Source: Syntrophales bacterium (GTDB lineage Bacteria > Desulfobacterota > Syntrophia > Syntrophales > PHBD01). Taken from it: DNA of 64,000 nucleotides. This document shows positions 37,102 to 48,227 of the stretch, in pieces. Made by a program: the position numbers and the translations under genes. Within the stretch, counting starts at the first letter, position 1; each line of letters opens with the position of its first letter. Where the stretch lies: the NCBI GenBank assembly GCA_963668175.1, contig OY764159.1, positions 1-64,000 on the forward strand, in the 5' to 3' direction. The notes under the pieces were generated by a model. The model saw nothing but the letters and a program-made list of their open reading frames with translations. It ran no database searches and was not told the origin of the DNA.

Positions 37102-38280
37102 TCACGGGGTCGAAGGCAAGCAGAACTGAGGCTCTCCGAGCAAGAAATCACCCCGCTCAATCCACTCTTTTAAATGATTGGCAATTTCTCTGGATTTGAA
37201 ATAACTCGTCATCGGCGCAGTGGCCACGGGTTTCCCGTTGATCAAGACGGACCCGCTCCGCAGGTCTTTGTAACTGACTTCAGCAACGACCCTCAGAGTG
37301 TCGCCTTTCGGATATTCCATGCCGTAATCGAAAACCTGAGTAAAGATATCTTCATCTCTTACAGCCGTATAACGGGCCATTTCTTCGTTAAGAATCGGTA
37401 TGGGGATTCCGATGCCGACATAAAGGGAAACGCCGTATCCGATGATGCTGGCGCCGACAATCCATTCGGGGCTCATCTCTTTCAAGTCGCCGATTGTGGC
37501 TATGGTGCCGGCACCATGTTTCGGCACGCCGTTTTCTCCCCGCAAGGCAACGGGATTATGCTGGGTGCCGTGCCAGGCGACAAAACCCTGCGTCCCTCCC
37601 AGAAAGATTTTGGTCCCGATGCCGATCGTCTTATAATAGGGATCGTTGAATAATGGGCTCAACTGACCCGATGTCGCATAATTGGCATTGGCCATGCGGG
37701 GTCGCAGAACCCCCATGTACGTATAAACGGTCTTATCCGACAAGTTAACGGCACAATTGTAATTCTGGTAAGCGTTGCGTGGATTGAACAGTGTGGCATC
37801 GCGAAGATCCTGAATGGTCAGATTTCTCTCATGTCTTCGCGATGGATAACAATCGGTACCGTAACCTTCGGCCCGCAGCCGAATAACGTTGCCTGCCACA
37901 AGGTCCTCTAAAACATGCCCCCCGCCATAATTGAACTGGCCGGGATAAACGCTGTTCAAGGGATCGCCTTCGACGACTTCCGTTGCTCCGATATAGCAAT
38001 CAACCGCCGCAATGCCGGCATAGGCGGGAACATCGTTAAGCCAGACTCGAGACGACTTGATCCGGGGAGACGTGTGGCCGAAATTCAGGAAAGCACCCGA
38101 CGAACACATGGGACCGAACGTACCGGTCGTCACGACATCAACCCGCCTTGCGGCCTCAACGTCGTCGTGCTTGGCAACGATGTCGATCATTTCCTCCGCC
38201 GTTACGACAACGGCTTTGCCCTGTCTGATTTTCTCGTTAATCTCTTTATAGGTTTTATTGACCTTCATCCTTTTCATCAC
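37102..38280 (-). CDS. DUF39 homocysteine biosynthesis protein (aspartate-semialdehyde sulfurtransferase-like)
   Basis: EINEKI..GKAVVVTAEE, VDVVTTGTFGPMCSSGA, NPRNAYQNY, GTQHNP. Confidence 0.88.
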   Translation of the reverse strand: MMKRMKVNKTYKEINEKIRQGKAVVVTAEEMIDIVAKHDDVEAARRVDVVTTGTFGPMCSSGAFLNFGHTSPRIKSSRVWLNDVPAYAGIAAVDCYIGATEVVEGDPLNSVYPGQFNYGGGHVLEDLVAGNVIRLRAEGYGTDCYPSRRHERNLTIQDLRDATLFNPRNAYQNYNCAVNLSDKTVYTYMGVLRPRMANANYATSGQLSPLFNDPYYKTIGIGTKIFLGGTQGFVAWHGTQHNPVALRGENGVPKHGAGTIATIGDLKEMSPEWIVGASIIGYGVSLYVGIGIPIPILNEEMARYTAVRDEDIFTQVFDYGMEYPKGDTLRVVAEVSYKDLRSGSVLINGKPVATAPMTSYFKSREIANHLKEWIERGDFLLGEPQFCLPSTP

Positions 38281-38356
38281 GCAAACATCCTGTCTTGAAG
38301 CTTATCTCGACACTCATATGAGATGATCACACCGATCCCCGTCCCGGAACGAAGCG

Positions 38357-38827
38357 TCATTCCGTTTCGGTCCGATCATTGATTCGTGTATGTCCGAATC
38401 CGCCTTGTCCTCGTTCAGATACGCTCAGCTCGTTGCTCTCCCTCCAGACAACCCGACAGATCCTACGGACGACCATCTGGGCGATGCGGTCCCCTCTGCT
38501 GATTTTAAAAACCGATTGTCCGTGATTGATCATAATCACGCCAATCTCACCGCGATAATCGGCATCGATCGTCCCCGGCGAATTCAACAGCGTTACGCCA
38601 TGATGTATCGCAAGTCCGCTGCGGGGGCGTATCTCAGCCTCATATCCCTCAGGAACGGCAACATGGATGCCCGTGGGAACGAGGATACGCTCCCCGGGTC
38701 CGATGGATATGTCATCCTTGACCGCCGCGCAAATATCCATCCCGGCGGCATTTGCCGTCATATAGCGAGGAAGGGGTATATCTTCGCAGTCGGGCCGCTT
38801 CTGAATCGGCACCCTTATCTCTTCCAT
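38357..38827 (-). CDS. dut: dUTP diphosphatase
   Basis: [39 protein letters not shown]. Confidence 0.95.
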   Translation of the reverse strand: MEEIRVPIQKRPDCEDIPLPRYMTANAAGMDICAAVKDDISIGPGERILVPTGIHVAVPEGYEAEIRPRSGLAIHHGVTLLNSPGTIDADYRGEIGVIMINHGQSVFKISRGDRIAQMVVRRICRVVWRESNELSVSERGQGGFGHTRINDRTETE

Positions 38828-38918
38828 ATCATAATCGCCGGGGCAATCCGATAATCCCATAGAGCTTCCCGACAGCGTCATCCCGACCGGATTCGCCGTC
38901 GCTGTCGGGGTCATCGCG

Positions 38919-40187
38919 TCACCCTCTCAATATTCCCACGGTCAAGTCTTTTTCGGATACGGGACCGATGGCGGTAACGGATATAACCTCGGGGTCAAAA
39001 AGTTCTCGCGCCAGATTCTGAATATCCGTCGTCTCGACCGCATCTATTTCACCGACCGTTTCTTCAAACGGAATTTGACGGCCGAAGCAAAGCTCATTCT
39101 TGGCCAGACGAGACATGCGGTTATCGGTGCTTTCCATGCTTAAGAGAAAGTTCCCCTTGATGAGTTCCTTGGCCGACTGCAATTCGTTGTCTGCAAGGAC
39201 ATGGTTGGTCAGTCTCGAAAGCTCATCCAAGGTAAGGCCGATGACTTCCTGTATTTTATCTTCCGTTGTTCCCGAATAAATGCCCTGCAATCCCGTATCG
39301 ATGTATGGGATCATATACGAGTGAATGGCATAGGCCAGGCCCCTCTTCTCCCTGATCTCCTGAAAGAGCCGGGAACTCATGCTTCCGCCCAGAACGGCGT
39401 TCATCAGGAAGCCGGAGTGCCTTTTCGGACTTACGGCGGACGGCGCCAGTGTTCCGATCACCATATGGATCTGTTCCAGGTCTTTTTCAAACGCCCTTAT
39501 TTTCGAAGAAACGACGGGCGCTTCCTGCGGGATAAAATCCTCGCGGGAACGTCGCCGTTTATCGAATGAACCGAATTTTCGATCGATGAGATCGATAAGG
39601 ACGGCATGGGAAAGATTTCCCGCCGCTGTGATGACCAGGTTTTCGCCGGTATACCACTGTTCGAAGAACTCAAGGACATTCTGTCTCTCGAAATTCTCCA
39701 CCTGCTCTTTCAGTCCCAGGATGGGGTAACCGAGAGAATGGTCGTTCCAGAAGGATGCTTCGAACAGGTCATGGATATATTCATCCGGCGAATCTTCCAG
39801 CATCCTGATTTCCTGGAGGATAACCGATTTCTCCCTTTCGAATTCGGAAGCTTCAAAGATGGAATCCCCCAGGATGTCCGCCAAAAGATCAATGGCCAGT
39901 GCCAGATGATAATCGGGTATTTTGATATAAAACGACGTATATTCCTTCCCGGTAAAGGCATTCATCACGCCACCGACGGAATCTATCGATGCGGCAATGT
40001 CGAAAGCGGTTCGGCTCTTCGTGCCTTTAAACAGCATGTGTTCGATGAAATGAGACATGCCGTTTGTCTTCCCGTTCTCATAGCGGGCACCGCATCGTAT
40101 CCACGCCCCGATCGATACGGACCGGACGTGGTCGATTTCTTCTGTAACCAGCCGGATACCGTTATCAAAAACGGTCTTGTTGATCAT
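38919..40187 (-). CDS. M16 family zinc peptidase
   Basis: [29 protein letters not shown]. Confidence 0.93.
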   Translation of the reverse strand: MINKTVFDNGIRLVTEEIDHVRSVSIGAWIRCGARYENGKTNGMSHFIEHMLFKGTKSRTAFDIAASIDSVGGVMNAFTGKEYTSFYIKIPDYHLALAIDLLADILGDSIFEASEFEREKSVILQEIRMLEDSPDEYIHDLFEASFWNDHSLGYPILGLKEQVENFERQNVLEFFEQWYTGENLVITAAGNLSHAVLIDLIDRKFGSFDKRRRSREDFIPQEAPVVSSKIRAFEKDLEQIHMVIGTLAPSAVSPKRHSGFLMNAVLGGSMSSRLFQEIREKRGLAYAIHSYMIPYIDTGLQGIYSGTTEDKIQEVIGLTLDELSRLTNHVLADNELQSAKELIKGNFLLSMESTDNRMSRLAKNELCFGRQIPFEETVGEIDAVETTDIQNLARELFDPEVISVTAIGPVSEKDLTVGILRG

Positions 40188-42296
40188 TTATGACAATGCT
40201 TCCTTCCTGCTGAGTCTGATCTTGCCCTGTTTATCTATTTCCAGGACCTTGACCTGAATTTCGTCACCTTCTTTGACAATATCGGTGACCTTATTCACCC
40301 GCTCCTTGGCCAACTGAGAAATATGAACCAGGCCTTCCGTTCCCGGGAGAATTTCGACAAAGGCACCGAAATCGACCACTTTCTTGACCGTCCCTTTATA
40401 TATCTTGCCGATCTCGGCATCTTCAGTCAGCCACTTGACCATCGCCACCGCACGTGCCGCCGCTTCTGCATCGCTGGAAGCAATCGTAACGGTTCCATCG
40501 TCTTCCACGTCAATCGTAACACCCGTTTCGCTGATGATCTGGCGAATATTTTTCCCACCGGAACCGATAACGTCCCTCACCTTTTCAGGCCTGACCGATA
40601 CGGTTGTTATTCTCGGTGCATAGGGTGAAATGTCGCCGCGTGGTTCGGCCAGTGTCTCTTTGATTTTCCCGATGATGAAGACTCTGCCGTCGCGGGCCTG
40701 ATAGAGGGCTTTCCGTAAGATGTCTTCACTAAGTTCGTCAATCTTGATGTCCATCTGCATAGCGGTTATACCCTTCTCCGTTCCGCAGACCTTGAAATCC
40801 ATGTCTCCGGCATGGTCTTCATCGCCCAGGATATCCGAAAGAACCACGATATCGTTGCCCTCTTTCAGCAACCCCATAGCGATTCCGGCAACAACATCTT
40901 TTACGGGAACGCCGGCATCCATAAGGGCCAGGCATCCGCCGCAGACCGTCGCCATGGATGACGAGCCGTTGGACGAGAGGATTTCGGAAACGATCCTGAT
41001 CGTATAAGGAAAGGCCTCCTGGGTCGGCAGGATGGGCATCAATGCCCGCCGGGCCAGATTGCCGTGGCCTATTTCCCTTCTGCCAGGGCTCCGGAGCGAC
41101 CTCGCCTCGCCAACACTGTAAGGCGGGAAGTTATAATGAAGCATGAAGGACCGGTGTTCTTCGCCAGCGATATAATCCAGTCTCTGCTGATCGGATGAAG
41201 TGCCCAGTGTAAGCGCGGCAAGTGCTTGGGTCTCACCTCTGTTGAACAGGGCGGAACCATGAGCACGAGGCAGAATTCCTGCTTCGGATGTGATCGGGCG
41301 TATATCTGTAAAAGAACGTCCGTCAATGCGCTTTTTTTCGCGAATGATTTTTTCTCTTAAGATGCGGCGTTCCAGACCCTCGAAAATATTTTGAGCGGCA
41401 CTGGTCAGACCGGCGTCATCGGCAGTTACTGACTTTATAACCTGCTCCCTTAATTGATCTAGCTTCGCGTATCGTTCAAGCTTGATCTTGGTTTCAAAAA
41501 CGTCCCGCAAACCGCCTTCCGCTCCCCCTGTAATGTTTGCCAACAGCGCTTCATCAACAGCAGGAATCACGAACGGTCTCTTCTCTTTGCCAATAGCCTG
41601 TCTCATTCTATCCTGAAGATCGATCATAGGACGAATCGACTCCAGGCCGAACTTGATGGCGTCGACAATGGTGTCTTCATCCATTTCTTTGGCATCACCT
41701 TCCAACATGACCAGGTTCACGTCATAATCTCGTCCGTTGGTGCCGGGAGTAACTTTTCTCCCTACAAGAAAGAGATTGACGTCACTCTGTTCCATTGATG
41801 CCGCGGAAGGGTTGCAGACAAAATTACCGTCAATACGGCCGACACGAACACCGGCAATGGGTCCTTTGAAGGGTATGTTGGATATCTCCAGAGCGGCTGA
41901 AGCCGCCAGCATAGCAGCCACATCGGAATCATTTTCACCATCAACGGAAAGCACTGTAGCTACCAGTTGGGTTTCAAAGTAATAACCCTTGGGGAAAAGG
42001 GGGCGTATAGACCGGTCGATAATCCTTGATGTCAGAACCTCACGCTCATTGAGCCTGCCTTCTCTCTTAAAAAAACCACCGGGGATCTTACCTGCGGCAT
42101 AAGTCATTTCCTGGTAATCCACTGTCAACGGCAGAAAGTCCAGCCCTTCCCTGGCCGACTTGACGGAAACAGCCGTAACCAATACGACGGTATCTCCATA
42201 AGTGGCAAGGATTGCGCCATTGGCCTGTTCCGCCATGTATTGCGCTTTCAGGGAGATGGGTCGCCCTGCAAAATCTTCACTAAATACTTTACTCAT
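40188..42296 (-). CDS. pnp: Polyribonucleotide nucleotidyltransferase
   Basis: FLPLTVDY, GKIPGGF, RREIGHG, SNGSSSMA, GDMDFKV, KH and S1 domains. Confidence 0.98.
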   Translation of the reverse strand: MSKVFSEDFAGRPISLKAQYMAEQANGAILATYGDTVVLVTAVSVKSAREGLDFLPLTVDYQEMTYAAGKIPGGFFKREGRLNEREVLTSRIIDRSIRPLFPKGYYFETQLVATVLSVDGENDSDVAAMLAASAALEISNIPFKGPIAGVRVGRIDGNFVCNPSAASMEQSDVNLFLVGRKVTPGTNGRDYDVNLVMLEGDAKEMDEDTIVDAIKFGLESIRPMIDLQDRMRQAIGKEKRPFVIPAVDEALLANITGGAEGGLRDVFETKIKLERYAKLDQLREQVIKSVTADDAGLTSAAQNIFEGLERRILREKIIREKKRIDGRSFTDIRPITSEAGILPRAHGSALFNRGETQALAALTLGTSSDQQRLDYIAGEEHRSFMLHYNFPPYSVGEARSLRSPGRREIGHGNLARRALMPILPTQEAFPYTIRIVSEILSSNGSSSMATVCGGCLALMDAGVPVKDVVAGIAMGLLKEGNDIVVLSDILGDEDHAGDMDFKVCGTEKGITAMQMDIKIDELSEDILRKALYQARDGRVFIIGKIKETLAEPRGDISPYAPRITTVSVRPEKVRDVIGSGGKNIRQIISETGVTIDVEDDGTVTIASSDAEAAARAVAMVKWLTEDAEIGKIYKGTVKKVVDFGAFVEILPGTEGLVHISQLAKERVNKVTDIVKEGDEIQVKVLEIDKQGKIRLSRKEALS

Positions 42297-42422
42297 TAGT
42301 GTTTCTTCCTTTCATTATAATAGCATAAAAAATTCAGTATTCAGCAATCCAAGCGCCATACTTCAAATGAGATGCTATACCGATTGCATCGCCGCCGATT
42401 CATTGCCATGAATTGGATGAAC

Positions 42423-42689
42423 TTATTTTCTGAGGCCAAGTCGCTGAACGATCGCTCTGTAACGATCAACATTGTTATTCTTCAGATAATCGAGAAGTCG
42501 TCTGCGTTGTCCGACCAGCTTTAAGAGCCCTCTCCGTGAGTGATGATCTTTCTTGTGCGCCTTGAAGTGTTCCGTGAGGTATTCTATCCTTGCACTTAAA
42601 AGAGCGATTTGGACTTCCGGCGACCCCGTATCCGTTTCATGAACGCGATATTTTCCGATAATATCTTTCCTTTTCTCTGAATCTAACAC
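42423..42689 (-). CDS. rpsO: 30S ribosomal protein S15
   Basis: [24 protein letters not shown]. Confidence 0.98.
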   Translation of the reverse strand: MLDSEKRKDIIGKYRVHETDTGSPEVQIALLSARIEYLTEHFKAHKKDHHSRRGLLKLVGQRRRLLDYLKNNNVDRYRAIVQRLGLRK

Positions 42690-42879
42690 TGCTTCATTTC
42701 CTCCTTCATATATGTTCGTCGCTATGTTGTATTCCCAAAAAAATGCGTCCCCTGCCGACTGCTGAAATTCGCCCCGTTGAACATGGCTCGATCGTTTTTA
42801 CCTGGGCTCTTGTAAAAACGGTCCTCCTATCGGTTCTTCACGGCATTTTATATTTTCTAATACATTTCCAATATTTCAA

Positions 42880-43815
42880 CTATCCCCTATTAAAAACTCG
42901 CAATATTTTAACGACTTGCATTCGCCGGTCTATCCCAGGCAATTCGCTGACCGGGTGCAACATCCTCCCAAGAGCGATCAACTGGTTGTTCTTCTGAGTA
43001 AATTTTATCACATCTCCCGCAGCAAGGAAAGGGATATGATACGCAAGCAGATTCTCCGCCGTCGGTTGCATGCCTTCCTTGATCCTTTCCGCCAGGACCT
43101 CGTCCACCGGAACGCTGGCCAAATCAGGAAGCATCCGGTCCAAGGGAATCATCCCCTCGGCCAGAATTCTGCGCTTTTCGCTCATGTTGCCCTCTTCCAG
43201 CAGGACCGCAGCCTCATGTGTAAAAGAACCGCTCCTGACGCGGTGCAACCGCGACAGGCACGCGCCGCAACCCAATGCGGCCCCCGCCTCCGAACACAGG
43301 GATCGGATATAGGTCCCCTTCGAGCAGGAGACGAAAAACGTAACGTAGGGAAGAGCGATGTCTTTTAAGAGAATCTTAAATATCTCCACCCTGCGGGAGG
43401 CGACATCAACCGCAACACCCTGTCTCGCCCATTTATAGAGCGACTTCCCCTTGTATTTGACCGCGGAATAAGCCGGCGGTTTCTGTTCCCGAAGCCCCAC
43501 CAAGCCCTTCAAGGCATCCTCGATACTGCTCTTGTCCACATTCGGCTCTCTGGATGACAGTATACGTCCGTCCGTATCCAACGTATCGGTCGTGACCCCC
43601 AGGAGCATCGTGGCGAGATAATCCTTGCTGTCTTCCGAAAAGAAAGAGGCCAATTTGGTCGCCTCATTCACACAAACAGGCAACACCCCCGTCGCCAGGG
43701 GATCAAGTGTCCCCGTGTGTCCGGCTTTTTTCACTCCCAGTATCTTCTTAACCTCATGGACAATGTCATGGGACGTCTTGCCCGACGGTTTATTAATGAC
43801 GACGACCCCATCCAT
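42880..43815 (-). CDS. truB: tRNA pseudouridine-55 synthase
   Basis: GHTGTLDPLATGVL, PPAYSAVK, CSKGTYIRSL. Confidence 0.97.
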   Translation of the reverse strand: MDGVVVINKPSGKTSHDIVHEVKKILGVKKAGHTGTLDPLATGVLPVCVNEATKLASFFSEDSKDYLATMLLGVTTDTLDTDGRILSSREPNVDKSSIEDALKGLVGLREQKPPAYSAVKYKGKSLYKWARQGVAVDVASRRVEIFKILLKDIALPYVTFFVSCSKGTYIRSLCSEAGAALGCGACLSRLHRVRSGSFTHEAAVLLEEGNMSEKRRILAEGMIPLDRMLPDLASVPVDEVLAERIKEGMQPTAENLLAYHIPFLAAGDVIKFTQKNNQLIALGRMLHPVSELPGIDRRMQVVKILRVFNRG

Positions 43816-43819
43816 GGCG

Positions 43820-44773
43820 TTAGAACAATTCCCTTACGGCCGCTCCCACAGCCTGTTTCACCTGAGCGATATCCCCCCGGCAGCGGCAAGCAGCCGCGTT
43901 GATATGGCCGCCTCCGCCGAATTTTTCCGCGATCCCGGCAACATTGAATCTCTCCTTGGATCTGAGACTGACCTTGAAAAACTCATCCTTCATTTCCGAA
44001 TACAAGATGGAAACGACGACGCCGTCAATGGTCCTTGGTATATCGACGAATCCTTCCGACTGCTCCATCGTCGCTCCGGCCTGGTCCAGGGTGTTTTGCG
44101 TAATCACCAGGGACCCTACCCTGCCGTCCATATCGATTGCCAGGGTTTCCAGCGTCAGGGCAAGCAATCTGATTTTCGACAGAGGATTTTTTTCATACAC
44201 ATTTTCCGATATCCATTGCGGGTCGGCACCGCATGCGACCAAACCGGCGGCAGCCTGCAGGGATGCCTCTCCCGTGTTGCTGTACCGGAACCCGCCCGTA
44301 TCCGTAAGGATGCCCGCATAGAGATTGTTGGCCGCATCCTTGTTCAATTTCGCTTGCATCTGCCGGGCCAGACGAAATATCAGCTCCGAGGTAGAACTGG
44401 CATGTTCGTCGATGTAGGCCAACTCGCAAAAGCGCCTGTTGGAGATGTGGTGATCGATATTGATCAGCGTCCTTATGGCACCCAGCCCCGCGGCAAGGTC
44501 TCCCACACGGTCAAGCTCGCTGCAATCCAGGACAAAGGCCGCATCGAAATCTTCCATCGACGGCAGATCATGGACGATCCATTCGCTGCCCGGAAGAAAA
44601 CTGTAGTTATACGGCGTTTCATCCTGGTGGCAGATGACGGCCGATTTACCCATGCCGACAAGGATGTGGTAAAGCGCCAGCGCCGCCCCGATCGAATCGC
44701 CGTCAGGCCTGACATGCGATGTGATGAGAAACTTACGGCCGTCTCTTATGACATCAGCTATCTTTTGCAGCAT
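43820..44773 (-). CDS. nrnA: DHH/DHHA1 nanoRNase / pAp phosphatase
   Basis: HVRPDGDSIG, IDHH, TDTGGF, FGGGGHINAA. Confidence 0.92.
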   Translation of the reverse strand: MLQKIADVIRDGRKFLITSHVRPDGDSIGAALALYHILVGMGKSAVICHQDETPYNYSFLPGSEWIVHDLPSMEDFDAAFVLDCSELDRVGDLAAGLGAIRTLINIDHHISNRRFCELAYIDEHASSTSELIFRLARQMQAKLNKDAANNLYAGILTDTGGFRYSNTGEASLQAAAGLVACGADPQWISENVYEKNPLSKIRLLALTLETLAIDMDGRVGSLVITQNTLDQAGATMEQSEGFVDIPRTIDGVVVSILYSEMKDEFFKVSLRSKERFNVAGIAEKFGGGGHINAAACRCRGDIAQVKQAVGAAVRELF

Positions 44774-45128
44774 CACCTTCCTCTTGCTTGTGTATCTCGG
44801 CAATCAGCTTTTCGATGCGATTCCCGTAAGCGAACGAATGATCGAAAATAAAATGGATCTCCGGCGTATAGCGAAGCCGCAGACGCTTGCCCAGTTCACG
44901 GCGCAGAAACCCTTTTGCCCTCTGGAGTCCTTCCCGGGTATGGTCGTCTATCTGGTCCTTGCCCATTTCCACGAAGAATACCTTCGCCAAACGCAAATCG
45001 TCCGAGACTTCCACGTCGGTGATCGTCACGGTTCCTATCCCGGGGTCCCTGATCTGCTTCAAAAAAATATCCGAGATCTCCGCTTTGATGAGGTCAGCCA
45101 CCCTATCGGCTCTCTTAAATTGTGTCAT
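44754..45128 (-). CDS. rbfA: Ribosome-binding factor A
   Basis: RADRV, RDP, VSDDLRLAKV, LRYTPE..FD. Confidence 0.95.
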   Translation of the reverse strand: MTQFKRADRVADLIKAEISDIFLKQIRDPGIGTVTITDVEVSDDLRLAKVFFVEMGKDQIDDHTREGLQRAKGFLRRELGKRLRLRYTPEIHFIFDHSFAYGNRIEKLIAEIHKQEEGDAAKDS

Positions 45129-45453
45129 ACTTCTTTTCTTCGTAAGAAACCGGCGGCATTTCGTCGGAAAATCCCATGATTTCGATTTTCACATTGACAA
45201 CTTCCGCAGATCGCAACTCCTCGATAAAGTGGATCATATGGCTGATCTTTCCGTCCACAAAACGATGGTCGTTCCCCACGACGCTAAAACCGATCTTGGC
45301 CCGGCCCCAGAGTTCGTTGTCACCGACTTCCGCAATCGATACATTGAACTCGTTCTGGGTTCTCTTCAGAATGCTCTTCAGTACGGCTCTTTTCTCTTTC
45401 AGAGATCGGCTCTCCGCAATGAGCAATTCTATGATACCCGAACCGATAAACAT
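45115..45453 (-). CDS. DUF503 (YlxP) protein
   Basis: SLKEKR, FNVSIAEV; lies between infB and rbfA. Confidence 0.9.
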   Translation of the reverse strand: MFIGSGIIELLIAESRSLKEKRAVLKSILKRTQNEFNVSIAEVGDNELWGRAKIGFSVVGNDHRFVDGKISHMIHFIEELRSAEVVNVKIEIMGFSDEMPPVSYEEKKYDTI

Positions 45454-45560
45454 AAATGAACCGGAACCCTATCTATACTTAAAAGATCATATCCTCTTGG
45501 GCGATCGATATCCGGCCGCTTGCGGGCTCCTTCGCGGGCGACGACGATACGTCCATCAGC

Positions 45561-48182
45561 CTAGAGTTTCTGTTCGACCCTTTCGCTGGTGTAGGCCTCG
45601 ATGATATCGCCCTCCTTGAGGTCGTTGAAATTCTCAATGCCTATGCCGCATTCGAAACCGTTCAAGACCTCCCGTACGTCGTCTTTTAGCCTTCTTAAGG
45701 AAGCAATCTTTCCCGTATAAACGACAACACCGTCCCTGACCAGCTTGAGATTGCTCTGTCGCGTAATCTTACCGTCCAGAACGTAGCTTCCTCCGATCGT
45801 ACCCACTTTAGGCACTTTGAAGAGCTGCCGTATCTCCGCGCGCCCCTGGATGACTTCCTTGTAAACGGGTTCCAGAAGCCCTTCCATGGCCGCTTTCACA
45901 TCGGCGATTACATTATAGATGACGTCGTAGAGCTTGATGTCCACACCTTCGCTCTCGGCAATTTCCGCAACTCTCCCGTCGGGCCTGACATTGAACCCGA
46001 TGATAATGGCGTTGGAGGCCGAAGCAAGCATGACATCCGTTTCGGTAATTGCACCCGTCGAACTGTGGATGATCTTCAATTTGATGTCCGCGGTACTCAG
46101 TTTATTGAGCGCTTCCGACAGGGCCTCTATCGACCCCTGGACATCGCCCTTGATAATGACGTTGAGTTCCTTCACGCCCTCCTTAATCTTCTGATACAGC
46201 TGCTCGAGGGTTATCTTGGAAGTAGCCGACAATTCTCTCTCACGCTCTTTACGCAACCAGTATTCGCCGATATTTCTCGCCTTCTTGTCGTCCTCGACCA
46301 CGGCGAATTCGGCGCTCACCTGCGGCACGCCGGAGAATCCGATGACCTCCACAGGCATGGCGGGTCCCGCTTCCTTGACGCGTTTTCCCTGGTCGTTGAC
46401 CAGGGCGCGAACCCTTCCGAATTCCGACCGGGATACGAAAGCGTCGCCTTCCCTCAAGGTTCCCTCCTGGATGAGGACGGTAGCGACGGGGCCGCGGCCT
46501 CGATCCAGTTTCGCCTCGATGATGACGCCTCGAGCGGGCCGGTCGGGATCGGCTTTCAGTTCCAGGATATCCGCCTGCAGAAGGATGAGTTCCAGAAGTT
46601 CCTCTATGCCTATCTTCTTTTTCGCCGAGACTTCGGAAAAAATCGTATCGCCGCCCCACTCTTCGGATACAAGCCCGTATTCGGTCAACGCCTGTTTTAT
46701 CTTTTCCGGGTCGGCTCCCGGCTTATCAATCTTATTGATCGCGACCATAATCGGGACACCGGCGGACCGCGAATGGTTGATCGCTTCCACGGTCTGGCCC
46801 ATGACGCCGTCGTCCGCCGCAACAACAAGCACGACGATATCCGTCACCTTGGCCCCTCTCGCCCTCATGGCCGTAAAGGCCTCATGGCCGGGAGTATCCA
46901 GGAAAACGATGTCCCTGTCTTTGAGGTGAACATGGTAGGCCCCGATTGCCTGTGTGATTCCGCCCGCCTCTCCCTCGATGACATTGGTTTGTCTTATGGC
47001 ATCCAGCAGAGATGTCTTGCCGTGATCGACATGTCCCATGATGGTGACGACCGGCGCCCGCGGTTGCAGGTTCTGCGAAAGCTGCTCCGACTTCAGCATG
47101 GAATCGTCAAACTCCGTCGCCGCTTCCACTTGATAACCGAATTCCGAGGCGATGAGTGTTGCGGTTTCGATATCGACCGCCTGGTTAATGGTCACCATGA
47201 GGCCAAGGCCCATGAGTTTATTGATGACTTCGCTGGCCTTGACACCCATCTTCTTTGCCAGGTCACCGACGCTGATCGCCTCGACCACCCTGATCCGTCT
47301 TTTGATGGCCTTGGGTACGGTGATCTCCGTCTTTTTCATCTTCACGGCCAGCGGCTTCTTTTCTTCCTTCCATTTGCCCGGCCACTTCTGGGGACGATCG
47401 TCCGTTTCAAGGACTTCCCGCCTGTCTTTCTTATCGACAATCTTCTTGATAAAGGCCTTTTTCCTCGTCTGGGCCTGGTCCCCCATGATCACTTCGATGG
47501 GTTTTTTTCCTTTTTTCGGATATTTATCCACCTCCACCTTGGCCGGCTTTTCGGCGGCCGGCGCAGCGGGCGGCAGCTCTATAATTTTAGCCTTGGGAAC
47601 TGCCGCTGCCGGCTCTTGAGGCCTGCCTGGAGCAACATCTCTTCTTTTGTCTTTCCTGGGCGGAAATTTCTTGAAGTCTCGCGGCGGAGGCGGCGTAACT
47701 GGCGGTTTGACCTGAATCTCTGCCGCCGGCGGCACCGCCTTCACAACTCCTTCCGGCTGGGAAGGGGGAGGCGGGGGAGGAGGCGTTTCCTTGTCCGGTT
47801 CGATGCGTCCTTCTTCAACGACGGACGGTTCCGGGGGCGGCGCAGCAACCGTCACGGGGATTTCGGCCTCCGGTTCAGCAACCGCCTCTTCTGCCTGTGA
47901 TGGAGCCGGCGGCTCTTCCAGCTGCGTTTCAACGGCCTGCGGCGTTTCCTCGGCAGGAGCGGCGACGGCCCTTCTCCGGATAACTGTGGATTTAATTCTC
48001 TTTTCAACAACTTCTTTTGGCTCAGCCGAGAAAAAATCCCTCTTCACCCGTTCGATGTCGCTATCTTCCAATGTACTGGAATGGGACTTGACTGCAATGC
48101 CCAGTTTTTCCAGTCGGGTCAGCAGATCCTTGTTCTCGATTCCCAATTCCTTGGCCAGCTCATAAACCCTTTTCTTAGACAT
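45561..48182 (-). CDS. infB: Translation initiation factor IF-2
   Basis: [34 protein letters not shown]. Confidence 0.98.
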   Translation of the reverse strand: MSKKRVYELAKELGIENKDLLTRLEKLGIAVKSHSSTLEDSDIERVKRDFFSAEPKEVVEKRIKSTVIRRRAVAAPAEETPQAVETQLEEPPAPSQAEEAVAEPEAEIPVTVAAPPPEPSVVEEGRIEPDKETPPPPPPPSQPEGVVKAVPPAAEIQVKPPVTPPPPRDFKKFPPRKDKRRDVAPGRPQEPAAAVPKAKIIELPPAAPAAEKPAKVEVDKYPKKGKKPIEVIMGDQAQTRKKAFIKKIVDKKDRREVLETDDRPQKWPGKWKEEKKPLAVKMKKTEITVPKAIKRRIRVVEAISVGDLAKKMGVKASEVINKLMGLGLMVTINQAVDIETATLIASEFGYQVEAATEFDDSMLKSEQLSQNLQPRAPVVTIMGHVDHGKTSLLDAIRQTNVIEGEAGGITQAIGAYHVHLKDRDIVFLDTPGHEAFTAMRARGAKVTDIVVLVVAADDGVMGQTVEAINHSRSAGVPIMVAINKIDKPGADPEKIKQALTEYGLVSEEWGGDTIFSEVSAKKKIGIEELLELILLQADILELKADPDRPARGVIIEAKLDRGRGPVATVLIQEGTLREGDAFVSRSEFGRVRALVNDQGKRVKEAGPAMPVEVIGFSGVPQVSAEFAVVEDDKKARNIGEYWLRKERERELSATSKITLEQLYQKIKEGVKELNVIIKGDVQGSIEALSEALNKLSTADIKLKIIHSSTGAITETDVMLASASNAIIIGFNVRPDGRVAEIAESEGVDIKLYDVIYNVIADVKAAMEGLLEPVYKEVIQGRAEIRQLFKVPKVGTIGGSYVLDGKITRQSNLKLVRDGVVVYTGKIASLRRLKDDVREVLNGFECGIGIENFNDLKEGDIIEAYTSERVEQKL

Positions 48183-48227
48183 CCTCGATACTCCCGTCTC
48201 TAACCTCTTGTGGATTCTGCGCGGATA

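Noticed and set aside
46065..47900. 611-aa + strand ORF, and similar long antisense ORFs at 43625-44851, 16702-17745, 18265-19263, 60147-61127 and 58371-59228
   Set aside because: Shadow ORFs opposite well-conserved genes (infB, nrnA, pilY1, pilW, the cyclase, trpE); no motifs; explained by GC-rich codon bias
47560..47970. Pro/Glu/Ala-rich low-complexity stretch in IF-2
   Set aside because: Normal variable N-terminal linker of IF-2
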